A stretch of 64,000 nt of DNA from contig CBFFRP010000074.1 of assembly GCA_965644295.1 (NCBI GenBank), forward strand, positions 62,001 to 126,000, read 5' to 3'. Positions 12,101-25,233 of this stretch are shown here, in pieces. Position numbers and translations under genes: made by a program. This stretch comes from Paraphysomonas bandaiensis (taxonomy: Eukaryota; Protista; Chrysophyceae). The notes beneath the pieces were generated by a model. That model worked only from the letters and a program-made list of their open reading frames with translations, made no database searches and had not been told where the DNA came from. Within the stretch, counting starts at the first letter, position 1; each line of letters begins with the position of its first letter.

Positions 12101-13264
12101 AACACTATCATCACTGTCAACATTTTCACCAGCACCAGTGGTTGATTCTTTACTGCTGAGAGAGCTATCTCCTTTGGTCGACTGTTGGTACTGGTACGCT
12201 TTTTGTTCCAAAATTTGTCGACCCTGTCTCGCGAGGTTCATGTTAGAAACATGGGTTTTGTCTACGTATGCCATGAAGCATTGCTTTTCTACAATCGAAT
12301 ACGTGGCTGCGAATTGCCAGAACATGTTTGAAGAAGTAATCTTTGGAGATATATCATCACCGTCACCATCCACCAATACAATGTGCCTGCAACACAGTTG
12401 CAACAATATAAGCAAAATCTTTGGCATACACGTCAAGGAGTACATACTACCCATACAATACAATACAGCAACGAACAGCTTGTCTACAAACTAAATCTAT
12501 CTAATATCAATCACCGTTCCGGCTTCAAGTACGCACTCTACTCACCTGAACATGACCTTTTGTTCTCTTTCTGTCCCTCCTCCAGCCTGTACATCACGCT
12601 CTACCCCTAGATCTTTGCATATACATTCACATAGTGACTTCCAGTCACACCCTTGCTCCAGCACAACTTCGCCCGAGTATTCAAAATACTTAAAAATTTG
12701 CACATGATAGGCGTGGACAGATGCATTGATACAAGCATTGATGCGGGATGCGACCAGAAAGTCGTCATCTTCATTATCATCTTCTTCGTCGCTTTCCCAG
12801 GTCCTCGTGTGCGAGGCATATACAGGGTACTGCAAAGTATATATACCTCGTTACATATCTAGGATACCATGTCATAGCAATTTTATTACCTGTCCCCAGT
12901 AGCACTGCACGCATACCCTCTGTGGGCCTTCTAATCGCATCTCCTCAATCACTACAAAATCAGGACTGCAATTGTAGCACACTATGTTGCCGCATGATCG
13001 ACAGTGATGTTTCCTCAAAAAGAAACCAAATTCATTATTGCACACCATACAGTTATCAATATCCTCATCTATTATCCACCCAACACCAGCAAAACCACTC
13101 TCATATTTAGCATACAGTCTGTGAATAGTTCGCGTAACTCCGCCGATAGTTGCTACCTCAGTCACAAGGTCCTTCGTGGCTGACTCACCAGAGTTACCTT
13201 GATGATGTTTATCATGAGCAGCCACTGAAGTAAATCGATCTGATGCGAATGGGTCGCTAAACAT
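9176..13264 (-). CDS. FYVE + tandem PH domain protein (multi-exon; C-terminal PDK1-type PH domain)
   Basis: Exon 1 FYVE (WIIDE..CMVC...F..FLRKHHCRSCGNIVCYNCS..RVCVQC). PH (GVLSKQGAKVKNWKRRSFVL..AESEAERDRWI-like). Second PH (KWSEFL..E..I..GLVVKR..RQLVLT..PRLFYVDP..MKVKGEVEW) is completed by a last exon ending at 9176. Confidence 0.85.
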
Positions 13265-14113
13265 GTCTGTATAATCAAACTATATTCATGAAATTAATAA
13301 AACTATCTAATCTACCACGACTCTTCTACCTCTCATATAGGAGGGTATGTTGTCGATGTAGTAGAATTTGATCTGTAATTATAATTAAAATAATATGAAT
13401 TTATATATAGTTAATTCACCATATCATGATGAGGATATCTATGATACAGCCATATATTACTATGCTATACTATGCATACTCTACTCTAATAGTATTATCA
13501 TACACTGCAGTGTGGTGTATATACATACTATCATACCCTCTTTGTTGTACGTACTCTATACTGCTGTATACAGGTACATGTGGAGAGTATATAGTGTACA
13601 GAAGGTATGAAGAACTATTTAAAATACAGACTATTGTCATAACGCTGTTTGTCCCATTCGTATCTCAAAACTGAAAATTGGGTTTACATATAGGGTTGAG
13701 TGGCTAGCAGTTGTCGACAATACAATAAACACAAATTTCTATTGAAAAACTCTTTTTTAGTGATTGAAAACACTTAAACCCTATTATTCAGTGAAAACCC
13801 ATAATAGTAGTGATAAATATTAAGGGTTTATAGACAACGAATCCCTTCACGTGAAATTAAGATAAAGTGATTTCATTCGTTAAGTTTGCAGTTGCGATTA
13901 GGGAATAGAACTGTCAAATACGTAGGATGACAATGATGAGGTGGCGCATTTCTTGGGGAAAATGATAGATATGACCATACGTGACATCACCACGACCATG
14001 CAGAAACTAACTCGATGGCGACGAATGGGGGATGGGAATAAGTATGCTTCCTTACATATAGTATCACATACCACAACAACAATCATTATTATACTGACAG
14101 TGTTTGTTTTGAT

Positions 14114-15253
14114 ATGGGTATATGCAATACGAAAAATGCCGCTTGTGTGCTTGACACCATGTCGGCTGATATCTTCCGAGAGTTGGGACTTCAATCCGAA
14201 GAGATCCAACAGCTTTACAAAGCATTCAATGAAATCGATATAACGGGATCTGGATCAGTCCCGTTGCAGGATCTGCACAGCTTTTGTGACATCCCTGAGA
14301 GTTCATTAATCACGGCAATATTCAAAATGGGAGACACAGAGGGTGTTGAGTCGTTAAATTTCTGTCGCTTTGTGTGTTCCTTATGGTGTTTCCTCTCTTT
14401 GGAAACGACTAGGTTGGGATCCTATTCATTCGTCCTCTACGATGTGTTGCAGACAGAGAAACTTACGAAAAATACTGCCCGCCTCATGTTACGGGATATT
14501 CATGGTTGTGACTATCACAAGAATGTTGCTCTCAAAGCGGTTACGCAATTGCTGTTGTATAATTCCGACGGCATCCCTCTAAATGTGTACAGTGAGTGGT
14601 GCGACGGCCATCCCTCCCTCTATGCTCCCATTCTGACTTTACAGACTACCCTTCGTCAAAGAATATGTGGAGAATATTTCTGGGAGACCCTTACTAATCG
14701 ACGCAGTAGCACAGATGATCAGGCAGAAGCAGTATACATGTGGAAGATCAACTCTATATATGCAGAGGCTACTTTCAAGCAGCAGTTGGCTTGTAGACTG
14801 GAAGAAATCAGTAAAGAACTTTCAAGCAACAGGTCCATTACACATGATTCTCGCGGCCTTATGGGAAGTATTAGTAGCAGCATCAGCGGCATGGTTGGTC
14901 GTATCCCCAGTATCTCCTTAAAGAATGCACATGTGCCGAGCCCTCGCCACGAAGAGAATATTTTGGCAGATGCTGTGGGTGACCGCCCTCAATATGATGT
15001 CAAGCGAAAACCAATGAGTAAGCAACTTAGTCCCAGTAAACGGAGCTCTGTGGCTCCAGCAGACCTTATTGTAAGCCAGGTTGCAGCACCATCTTGGTGC
15101 AGGGAATATGGCACCCCCGTCTCATATGTTAAGAGTGCGACTAGTAGTCGCAACAACAGTCATACGAAGTATGTTGAAAATGAGGAAGCTGCCGAGAGTT
15201 CAACTAGAAGTTGTATTGTGTCCATTCCAGGATCGAGCGTATGCGAAGAATGA
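14114..15253 (+). CDS. EF-hand (calcineurin-B/recoverin-like) protein with putative N-terminal myristoylation/palmitoylation
   Basis: Starts MGIC (G2, C4). EF-hand-like LYKAFNEIDITGSGSV, degenerate loops GDTEGVESLNFCRF and FVLYDV. Disordered C-terminal tail. Confidence 0.7.
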   Translation: MGICNTKNAACVLDTMSADIFRELGLQSEEIQQLYKAFNEIDITGSGSVPLQDLHSFCDIPESSLITAIFKMGDTEGVESLNFCRFVCSLWCFLSLETTRLGSYSFVLYDVLQTEKLTKNTARLMLRDIHGCDYHKNVALKAVTQLLLYNSDGIPLNVYSEWCDGHPSLYAPILTLQTTLRQRICGEYFWETLTNRRSSTDDQAEAVYMWKINSIYAEATFKQQLACRLEEISKELSSNRSITHDSRGLMGSISSSISGMVGRIPSISLKNAHVPSPRHEENILADAVGDRPQYDVKRKPMSKQLSPSKRSSVAPADLIVSQVAAPSWCREYGTPVSYVKSATSSRNNSHTKYVENEEAAESSTRSCIVSIPGSSVCEE

Positions 15254-16772
15254 TCAAGCTAGAGTGATGTGTTAAGCTGTTGACCTTTTTTTACACATAC
15301 TGACTTGTGAATCCAGAGAGATCACGGGTGGTATGGATGTTTTTAGATATTATGTGTTTTGTTATTCTTGAATGTATCTTACATGGCACCTCCATGTGAT
15401 ATGCGCAAATAACGTAGAGATTACAACTGTCATGATACTTAAGCCCAAGCAAAATTGTGGCTGTTGTGTACACAGATCAGATCTGGAGTTGTTGTCGTCC
15501 GCGCAATATTTATCTGTTACATCAGATTGATTGTACTCGTGCTTGGGCTATAGCCATTATCCAGTTTTGTTGGCTAGAGTAATTATTCTATAATAAGTTT
15601 TATTGATTTATCGGTGTCGTCACTGGGAATACTCGTAATATCTCATTTGTTTACTAGTTTCCTGCATTCTACGCGTTAGATCAGAAAAGGTTGTACTTCT
15701 ATTCATTCATCACGACATAATGTTTGTCTTGATCTGTAAATCCAGGACCCATCTACAGTTACAACTTCATGAATATTATATATGTATTGTGTATAATTTT
15801 ATACTTGTGTAGAGTATATATTTTAGCTGGTCTCATCCTGATAAGTGCTCTGGAGAAGTTAAAATAGCTTTGAAGTCCACAATATTAGGAGTTCATTGTT
15901 CTGTAATGCGTAGCTGCATGTGAGCACATTTAAGAATTGACTACATCAAACCATTTATAATTATGATGAGGCCAAGCCTATAATTTACCGACGAGCACTT
16001 GGACTAGGTTCAATAATACATTTCGTTACCAATATATAAATAATATATAGCATCTGTGGAATATACATAATCAACATCTTCCAAACCATAAATAGTAATG
16101 CAATAGTAATGGTCTTATACTATTCAAACCTATCGGGTATTGTTTCATCATAAAATATTATAGGATAGTCCAAAATGATGATAGACACTAAATAAAGAAA
16201 TCAATCATTTGGGTCTTCTGTTTCATGCTCCGTTGAGACCTATTGCATACAACGGGTAACAGATATCATTCGTTGTGATCACATTTCGATCAGTAATCTC
16301 GAGATACCTATAAATATATGGCGTTAAGAGATAGTGCCAATACTCCTCGACCAGATATATCTATTCTTGGAGTATATTCATAAAGATTTCTGGTGATATC
16401 AATTACATATCTAGATATTTTGCTTGTTCAAATCTATTGTGCACTATACACATCTGCACTCATAACGTGTAATAGATATCATCATGCATAGATATCGAGA
16501 TATCCTCTAGATATATATATGCATATCTAGATATGGATATCAGTACACCGCAATACACAGCAGTATACTATTCTTAAATTTCCGATTTTTATGTTTTTTT
16601 TAGAAATTTTGTACTATAATTTTCTATTGATATTATTTTTTGCCAGTTTTTAGAGTACGTTTGTTGGCCAATATTTCACACACCGCACCCACAATACATA
16701 CATGTACACCGTACAGCAGTACGTATACATCAACAGTTCATACGATCGATGTCTAGATGTACAGATATGATT

Positions 16773-16919
16773 ATCGGCATCCTTTGTGTATTTTTGTTCC
16801 AAGATGCCTCTAGTATTGAGATAACAATTATCTGTATTCCAGCTGTAGTTATACTGCAATAATATAGAAAATATTTGCTTCAATTTATTTCCGAAAAATA
16901 AGGTGCTGACTGCTGATAC
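16773..16919. mobile_element. ~145-bp MITE-like dispersed repeat, copy 2
   Basis: Same orientation and sequence as 6145..6289. Ends TATCGGCA...TGCTGATA form an inverted repeat with 1 mismatch. Confidence 0.6.
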
Positions 16920-17060
16920 ATTCGACTATAAATATATATATACATAGACACCTCGTTTCACAGCAGTAGACTGAGTATTACTCTAGTGAACCACTCCCTT
17001 ATCACCATATCATGTTATAACAATACAAGGTTATCTAGTAGTATATATAAGAACACTCAT

Positions 17061-19802
17061 ATGTTACGTAAGAGTTTTTCATGGGAATCGAATATACATC
17101 CAGATATTAAAGACACTGCTATTCAATCATCTGATGGTGGGGATATTAAGAGTCCTACATTACCATTCATATATCAATTACATGACTGTTATGATGATAA
17201 ATATCGAGAATTTAAACGTAATGCTATACCGTATGATACTCTATTCATTGGACTTATAGTGTGTAGTGTATTGTATACACTCCTATTCATTGTATCAGTT
17301 CTCTATCCCATATCAGGATATGCATTGATCACATACAGTACATGGATATTTGTATTATTTTCATTGATTCCAGGATGGTTGTGTATGTATAAAAAATATA
17401 TTCCACAATCGATGCTGTGGCTCTGTAAAGACAGTCTGATCACCGTGTATATGAACTTTCATATCGTCGCCCTGTGCTGGAGTCTTTTGGTTCGTCTATA
17501 CGTGGGTAACTGCGTTGGCTGTACTGGAATGCGAGTCTTTGAATGCAACCCATATCATGCAGCTCAGTCTATGCCCCCAGAGCACGTCCTTTTATTGACC
17601 ATCACACTCTTCGCTTTCCATCTGTGTTTAGACCGTTCTTTTTTAGAGCTTCTTATACCATGTAGTTTGGTATACGCTACTCTATTTGTGGGTATGTTGA
17701 TGTTTTCAAATTTATCCTCCTTTCCTATCCTGGCCATATTTCCTCTATGTGTATACGTCATATTCCTCTCTGAGCGATGTACGTTTCGAATGTACACTCT
17801 GAAAGTGCGTTTAGAAGAACTCGTGCAAGGCAAAACTGTTACGAATAGCTACTGCCGTGATGATCAAACTGACCATCACTTAAAAGAAGTGCAGTATATC
17901 ATAGGAAATATAGCACATGATCTGAAGACTCCTATGCAGGCCTTAACTATGGGCGTAGACGAAGTCGCCGCCCTCAATCAGCAGCGGAAGGAAATCATAT
18001 CATCCGCAAAAGCAAGGGCCAAGGCAATTGCCAGTGGTAAAGTAGATTTGGACCGAGTAAATGAACCTCTTTACCACTACGAGCCACCTAATAAAGAATC
18101 ATATAGTGCAAGTACTAGAGGTGCTACTGCCGAACTAAATGAAGCTATACAACATCTTCGAACGGCTCCCACCATTATATTCGACCAACTTCGAGCCAAA
18201 GTAATAGAAGCCAATGCGATGCAAATGAGTGAAGTACTTCAGTCTCTAAGAGATACTTCCAGTTTCATGATGATGAATATTAATCGGGCAATTGACTACA
18301 GTAAGAGTTCTAATGGTGTACATCTCGTGCCTACAATGGATACCGTGAATATTATATCCACTCTCCATTGGGCAGTGAATTGTGTTCGAAGGCTTCAGGA
18401 TAGAATTCCTATCATTATAGACCCAATACCTAATTCCCACGTTCTCAATCCTTATGTAATAACGGACAGAAACTGGTTCATAGATAATATACTCTGTCTG
18501 GTGTCTAATGCTGTAAAATTTACAACGGAAGGGGAGGTCCGAATTTCTGTGTGCGTTGAAGACGCGACTGTTCCCTCTATCGAAGAGGCTGGAGCTAGCG
18601 ATTTGAGTCCGTTTGAGAATTCAAGTTTTTCGAAAAACTCGTCTGCTGAAAACAAAAAAATCAAAATTGTCGTTCAAGACAGTGGAATAGGGGTTCCGTC
18701 GGAGAAAAAAGGTAGCTTGTTCCAACCCTTTATCCAGGCACAGCGAATGGCTGGTGGTACCGGGTTGGGACTATATAGTTTAGCGAAGAGAGTAGCTGCC
18801 CTTCATGGCTCCTACGGGTTATGCGACAGACCTGATGGACACCATGGTTCGTACTTTTGGTTTGATTTTCCGTATCTACCGGATCCTTTAAGACTGCAGG
18901 AAGAAAATGAAATGGAAGACAACAGTGTTTCTGCAAGTCCCCTTGGGATAAAGCCGAAAGATATTCTGATGAGCTCTTCAATAGATAAGCAGAATCATGA
19001 AGTGGAATCCGCCATTACCGGTGGGGAGAAGCCATGGGCTCTACAGGAGCATGATGAATATGAAAATATGGAAAAAGAAGTGGACATCAGGATGAAACTG
19101 TTACTCGTGGATGACTCGATCGTCATTCAAAAGGTGCAAATAGATCTATAGCGTATGGCATGGATCATGTAATTACGATTTGAGAATACGGAGCACAATG
19201 CTGCGCCATACCAATAAATTATAGATTTTTTATTTGTGAAACTGAATATATGGAATACATGTATAGTGATATGAATATTGCGTCGTTTTACTTCTTTTCT
19301 TATGCCTAAGCGATATTTATTGCTAACGTTGTGTGTGGTGTCTAGACACTTAAGAGGAGATTGGAAAAGAAAGGGTTTACAGTGTATCTAGCAGACAATG
19401 GTCTGCAAGGTCTACAGATGGCAAAAGAATTCGACTACGGAGTGATTCTGCTGGATATGAATATGCCTGTGAGTTGCTGCAAAGCCATGTTTGATGATAA
19501 TTTTATTTGTACAATATTAGAACAATTCACAGTATTACTTCTAATAGTGTATGTAGGTAATGGATGGTTACGAGTGCTGCCGTCGTATCCGCGACTATGA
19601 AAAGAGTGTTAATATAAATCAGCCCGATGCTTCCAAACGTGCACGTCAAATTATTATCGGAGTATCAGCCAATAGCGCTTCAGATACTCGTGCCTATGCA
19701 TTGAGTGCTGGCATGGATGACTTCATTTCAAAACCATTCAGTATAGATAAATTCTGTAGTGTTTATGATTCCATGAGATTGGATAAACCTGTGGATATGT
19801 GA
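17061..19802 (+). CDS. Membrane hybrid sensor histidine kinase (multi-TM, HisKA, HATPase_c, receiver; 3 exons)
   Basis: H-box IAHDLKTPMQAL, N-box LVSNAVKFT, G1 VQDSGIG, F-box LFQPF, G2 GTGLGL. The receiver LLVDD..LLDMNMPVMDG..VSAN..GMDDFISKPF is assembled by introns 19134..19345 and 19469..19556. Confidence 0.93.
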
Positions 19803-20640
19803 CACCCTTTGTTTGACATGTCTGAAATTGGTGTATATATATATAACGGTGCTATTTTGTCTGCCATGTAGACACACAGCATTATATTTATTTATCATCT
19901 TTTTTTTCAATTCCTCGATGTTTGTCACTACAATAACATATCGAAATCACTAATTAATTCCTATAAGTTCTTCAATATCAGAAGTATGCGAAACTACAAA
20001 TATTTGAAAACGAAATTTGTGAGAAATATAGTGAGTTGTATATCCTTTTCTCAGTTTCATAATGAACACAACATACTAAAGATCCTGTAGTAGTTAGAAC
20101 CTTGCACTAGCTACATTAATAGTGAGTACCAGGCCCTCTTACATATTACATACATATGTAGTAACTAATATACGCATCCAAGTATACTATGGAGGTATCC
20201 AGTATCATCTTGATGATAATATTCAGAATACTTCAACAATTATTATTATTTTTATAGATAAATGTTGCCAATTAATAGACTGGCTTATTAATTATATGTA
20301 TAGCATCGTTTTCTGCTGTATAGCTACTAATCATAGGTACAAAGGCATTATATATATAGAAGAGAACTTGGGTGTAAGTGGTACTGCGCACAGTCACTAT
20401 TATGATTGTGAGGCAGTATAATAAGAGTTCATATACACTTCATCCACAGCACGCAAGAGTAATTACATGTATAATATCGTTGAAAAGCACCAACTGAGCA
20501 TCCCCCACACGATTGCCGTCATACATAGCGTAAGCTGATTATAGATATTTACGTATTGTAGTTGTACTGTGAATTATGTTGTGTATTGTGTATCCCTTTG
20601 GGGACCACTGTTTGTCCATGGTATTATCAAGACTGCAGTA

Positions 20641-20715
20641 GCAGCTTTCGTAGCGTTAAATAGTAGGATGTCAGAGTTAAGCACTGACTCTTACACGCCT
20701 ATTGCTAATAATAAG
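20641..20715 (-). repeat. Dispersed repeat family X, short terminal fragment (D)
   Basis: Reverse complement reads CTTATTATTAGCAATAGGCGTGTAAGAGTCAGTGCTTAACTCTGACATCCTACTATTTAACGCTACGAAAGCTGC, matching the starts of copies A and B and the right arm of copy C. Confidence 0.8.
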
Positions 20716-21050
20716 GCACTCATTACTAATTACTGTACTATTAAGCAGTATGGTGTGAAACAGGCAATTTATTCTGTTGATATACCACCACAAATTTTCC
20801 ATCACATAGGTTCACATTACCATTACAACAGGAGCCGTAGAGCAACGTTAATGTAGCAAGCACGGATACCGTGACACTTGCAGTGATGACAGATACAACA
20901 CCTGAAATCACAATCACCACGATAAAACTTACATACTCAATGTGCCCTCCTAACAGATAAACAGCTATATAGAGTGCAATTATACGATTATGCCACACCA
21001 CTATATATAGCCGAAATTTGTTTTGCACAACAAACATCCAATATAGTGCA

Positions 21051-24000
21051 TCAGACTATGTCTTCGTCATCTTCATTGAGGTTAACACTGCCACTACTAG
21101 AACCATCAAATTCCATCACTCTGTCATTGGAACTTTTTCGTGGAATGGATAGATCTGGAGGCGTCAAAATAGTTTCCTCCGGAGGACGATCAGACAGAGT
21201 GACATGGGCATCCTCAGAGCACTCTGCAGCTAGTAGGGGAGATCGAGCATGCGTATTCGATGTCATGGACGAATGCATGTGAACTACCCCGTCACTATTC
21301 TGCTGTACTTCGCCTCCATGAGTCCTCAAAAACACGTCAACTGAATTGTCAGATCCGCCGGAAAGTAAACGAGAAAACATCCTTGACGATCGTGATAAAA
21401 AATTCACTGAGGTTGGGGAAGTTTTGACGTCTGGAGTAAAACAATGGTATATTTCAATCACAAAACGCGCTAAGGAAATTATTGTATACCATACCCACCT
21501 TCACTTAAATCCACTGTTGATTCTGGAGGTCTGGTACAGCCATCCTCAAGGGATGTTTCCTCTGGGATCACTGACGAGCTTTTGTGCTCAAAGGAGGTGG
21601 ATAGCCTGGGAATAAACGACCGAAAGGAAGTGCCCCTTGAGGGGGATGCTTGCAGCTGATTTTTTTGATGTTGTGACTGACTTCTGATAAGCTGGACTGC
21701 TTCTGTTCTAGCCTATTGAGTATACATATATCATTTGCTGTTGGAATAAGTCTAGTGCGTACAGTACACAATGCACAATGATACGGTTAATAGAAAAACA
21801 TCAATAAAACAACGTGCCTTTATCTCCTCCACTTCAGCGTCTTCTGGGCATATCAATTTATACAATTCATCACAACTAATGGACCCATCTTTGTTAACAT
21901 CGATAGCTTTGAAAAGTCGTCTGAATTTATCATTGCTGCAAAAACAAGTTGGCCAATTCAAAATTATAGCCAAGCATTACACTTTTCACTCTAAATATAT
22001 TTAAAAAATAATTCATAAATTGTGTATAAAATACGTGGTCTTCTAAACGTCAATATATTATTGGTATCGAATGAAACAACAATACCTATAATGGAGGTGT
22101 AGCGCCCTCAAAAACTCTCTGACCTCGTAGTGATTTAAACTACCAGACCCGTTCACGTCGATAGTGTTAAAAAGGGCAGTTATTATCTGAATAAGATAAT
22201 TTAATCTTATATGAATATAAGGTAACCAATACAATAGCGCGACATATAAACGTATCACGGCATGAATGACATAGCACACGTTGTACCAACACAGTATGTA
22301 TGACATATAATTCATAACATATTGGGTTACCTCTTTTGCGGCAGGGCCAGAGGCGTTGATACGATTCTTTGCGGTAACCTGTAGCTGTTGAAGAAGTTGC
22401 TGCTGATCTTCCATCTGCTCTAACACCGACCCTATACATGTACCACATCATCCGCAGTAACAGCCCACATGCACCAAACCTACCCATTACATCTACTTCT
22501 AATTCCGCAATAGCAGACAACATGGAGGCTGTTTTCACTATCTCGCCCACAACAGGGAGGATAATAATTAAAGGACACATCCTGCAAACACCAAAATTAA
22601 ATGATCTAAAAGATATACAAAATAAAATACACATGGCAAATACTCCACATATGTAGAAGAAATGGCTTACAATGGCATATAATTGATACGGTGCAGACAA
22701 CACAAAAATTACAGGTGCACATATCGCGAATCACTTATAATGCTTACATAAGAATGTGCCACAGGACAGTGTTAGTAGTCTCAGCGCTAACTGTGCTGAT
22801 AAAATTGGTAACCCACAAAGAAAGGTATAAAGAGTTTAGCGTAATGCCGACCTCAACAGCCCTGCAAATAGTAAAGTAATCATGGTACTACAAATGTGGT
22901 CCTACACAAACCTGAAATATATAGTTGGGTCGTTGAGGAAGTATATGTGGCTATAGTCTTCAGATATTTTCATCGAAATATCAGCATGGTCTGGTAGGAC
23001 TCTCTGACCACTATTAATAAGACTCCGTATACCGGACATGAAGCCGGATCCCCTTGAGCTGTCACGTTTCAACTTCTGTAACTTAAACTACAACAATAAA
23101 TCATTGTGCGACACAGTACCATAGTCACTTGTTGGGCAACGTTCTATTCTACATATACAATGTTAAATTCCATACCTGCTCGATAGTATTTAGAGAATTC
23201 TCAGTTGCTAGTCGACCACTAGATGGGGTTCTCCCCAATGGTCCACCACCTAAAGTAATCGTGACACTTTTCCGTCTATCATTACCACTGGTGTCTAAAT
23301 CGTTGGCTGACGTTTCAGACGATTCCATAGCTGACACTACATTAGATCTTCGTTTATGTCTGAGGGCAGGGGCTACATATACATTTGTTAACTCAAATTA
23401 TATTCATACACTCGACTAAATATAGGGTTATACATTTCACACGACACAGAGTGCACTACGATATAAAATGCGATTATATCTAGTAAAATTAGAACAACGA
23501 ACTCATGTACATATATATACTGCAGGAATGCGATACCTTTCATACTATCTTCCTTCTTATTTTGTTTCTCGGATGCAAATAGAGAACCAATAAATGATAT
23601 CGCACTCCCGATACGATCCGTAAAATCATCATTAGTGACATTCGTGGACTGCTTATGAAGTATTGGGGCATCATCAATACTAGACATCTTATCTAAAAAG
23701 ACATTAATATTAGAACGAATGCATATACTATCACAGGGGGTCATTTCACCTATATTGGACCTCAGTGTATTAATGGACATTCTTCTGCTTGCTGTTCGCC
23801 CTCTCATCGAGTTTGATCTCTTCGGGTTGCCATCAGTTCCATCGGCGGAGATATCTATTTCAATTCGACGTCTCAATTCCACCTACAATTTCACATTTTA
23901 ACTATGCGGATGGAGAAGCTCTAGTTCAAAGTATAACAACATTATGAGCACGATATCATCATATGAAGGCACGCATTGAACTCAGAACTTCATATTCCAC

Positions 24001-25233
24001 ATACATTTAGTGAGGTGGACTCTTCAAGGGCCAAAAAGTCTACATAATCGATAATATCAGTGACTCCAGACTGAGCCATAAGTCTGTACATCTCGAATTA
24101 TTTCTCCGCATCACAAACATCAAAATATAAAATACATTAAAGCATTCGACACTATGTGAAGCACAATACCGTGTATTTTTAATTCTACGACAGTGTGCCA
24201 TGTAATAATCAACCGCACATGATGATAAACAATATACATTGATCACGAAATTAAACCCGTACAGTGTGCCACCTATTATGAGACGTATAACATACCTCAT
24301 AACATACACCCTGCCCATAGTGTAGACTATCAGCGCATATCCCGATAACGCCATTCCACATACAAAAAACAACTGCAGGTGCATAAAGGTACACCTATCA
24401 GTTATACCGTACCGCCCGCTATCTTCTGTTCCATCGGTGTGTTTGAATCCTTCACAGTTCCAAAAAGATGCCTGACCAAACTTTACCCGTATATAATTTA
24501 CCAAACAAAGGATAATCAGTACACCCCAGCTAAAGTTACTTATATTAATTATCCGCAGAGAGTACTTCTCGAAACATCCAGACAAGTACAGCCCATAATT
24601 AAAATCACCAGGTAGCCAGTAGGTGTCTCTGAAGAGGGCGTATATGATCTTGAACTCGGCTTTTGTACGTAACGTTGAGAAGGGTAGATAACGAAAATTA
24701 TACAGAAAACTGGAAAATATATTTCGAGGTTTGGCCAGTTCCTTCAGCAAGTCAGAAATGGCGATAGCGTGGTAGCGGTCATACTGATGTGACGAGAGAA
24801 TAGATAAAAGCATTATATACAAGGCGTGCGCGACGAAAAATATAGCAATAAAGAAGATGATATAACCAACAAAGTCGAAAATGTTTATCCATGAGGAAGA
24901 GGAAGCTTTGGGGTGGGTGGCTTGATACATGGCCAGAGTGAAGCTGACGAATCCTATATTGCATATAAATCAGCACTCAACTTAAACAAAACCGACATAC
25001 ATATTCATCTACGCAAATTTTAAACCATAAATCATTTATGAATAGATACCATTATTCATGAGCTCCTTATATATTCTCTGCAACATCTTATTATACGTCA
25101 CAGAGCCGCCAATAAATTTTTCAAAACGGCTTGTTATGTACTCGAACACGACAAGAAATAATACAGTGCCACAGAAAGCTCCAGTTGCAACATCTACATC
25201 AATTTCACTGGCTAATCCAAACCGAAACGTCAT
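21051..25233 (-). CDS. MLO-like multi-pass membrane protein with C-terminal EF-hands (many exons)
   Basis: Splicing 25049..24955 gives LVVFEYIT...MLQRIYKELMNNGFVSFTL (MLO KxELMLLGFISLLL). Also YIIFFIAIFFVAH, DFNYGLYLSGCFEKYSLRIINISNFSW (MLO FDFxKYxxRSLEDDFxxVVGISxxxW), HIYFLNDP (MLO FWFxRP). EF loops DVNGSGSLNHYE and DVNKDGSISCDE. Confidence 0.75.
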
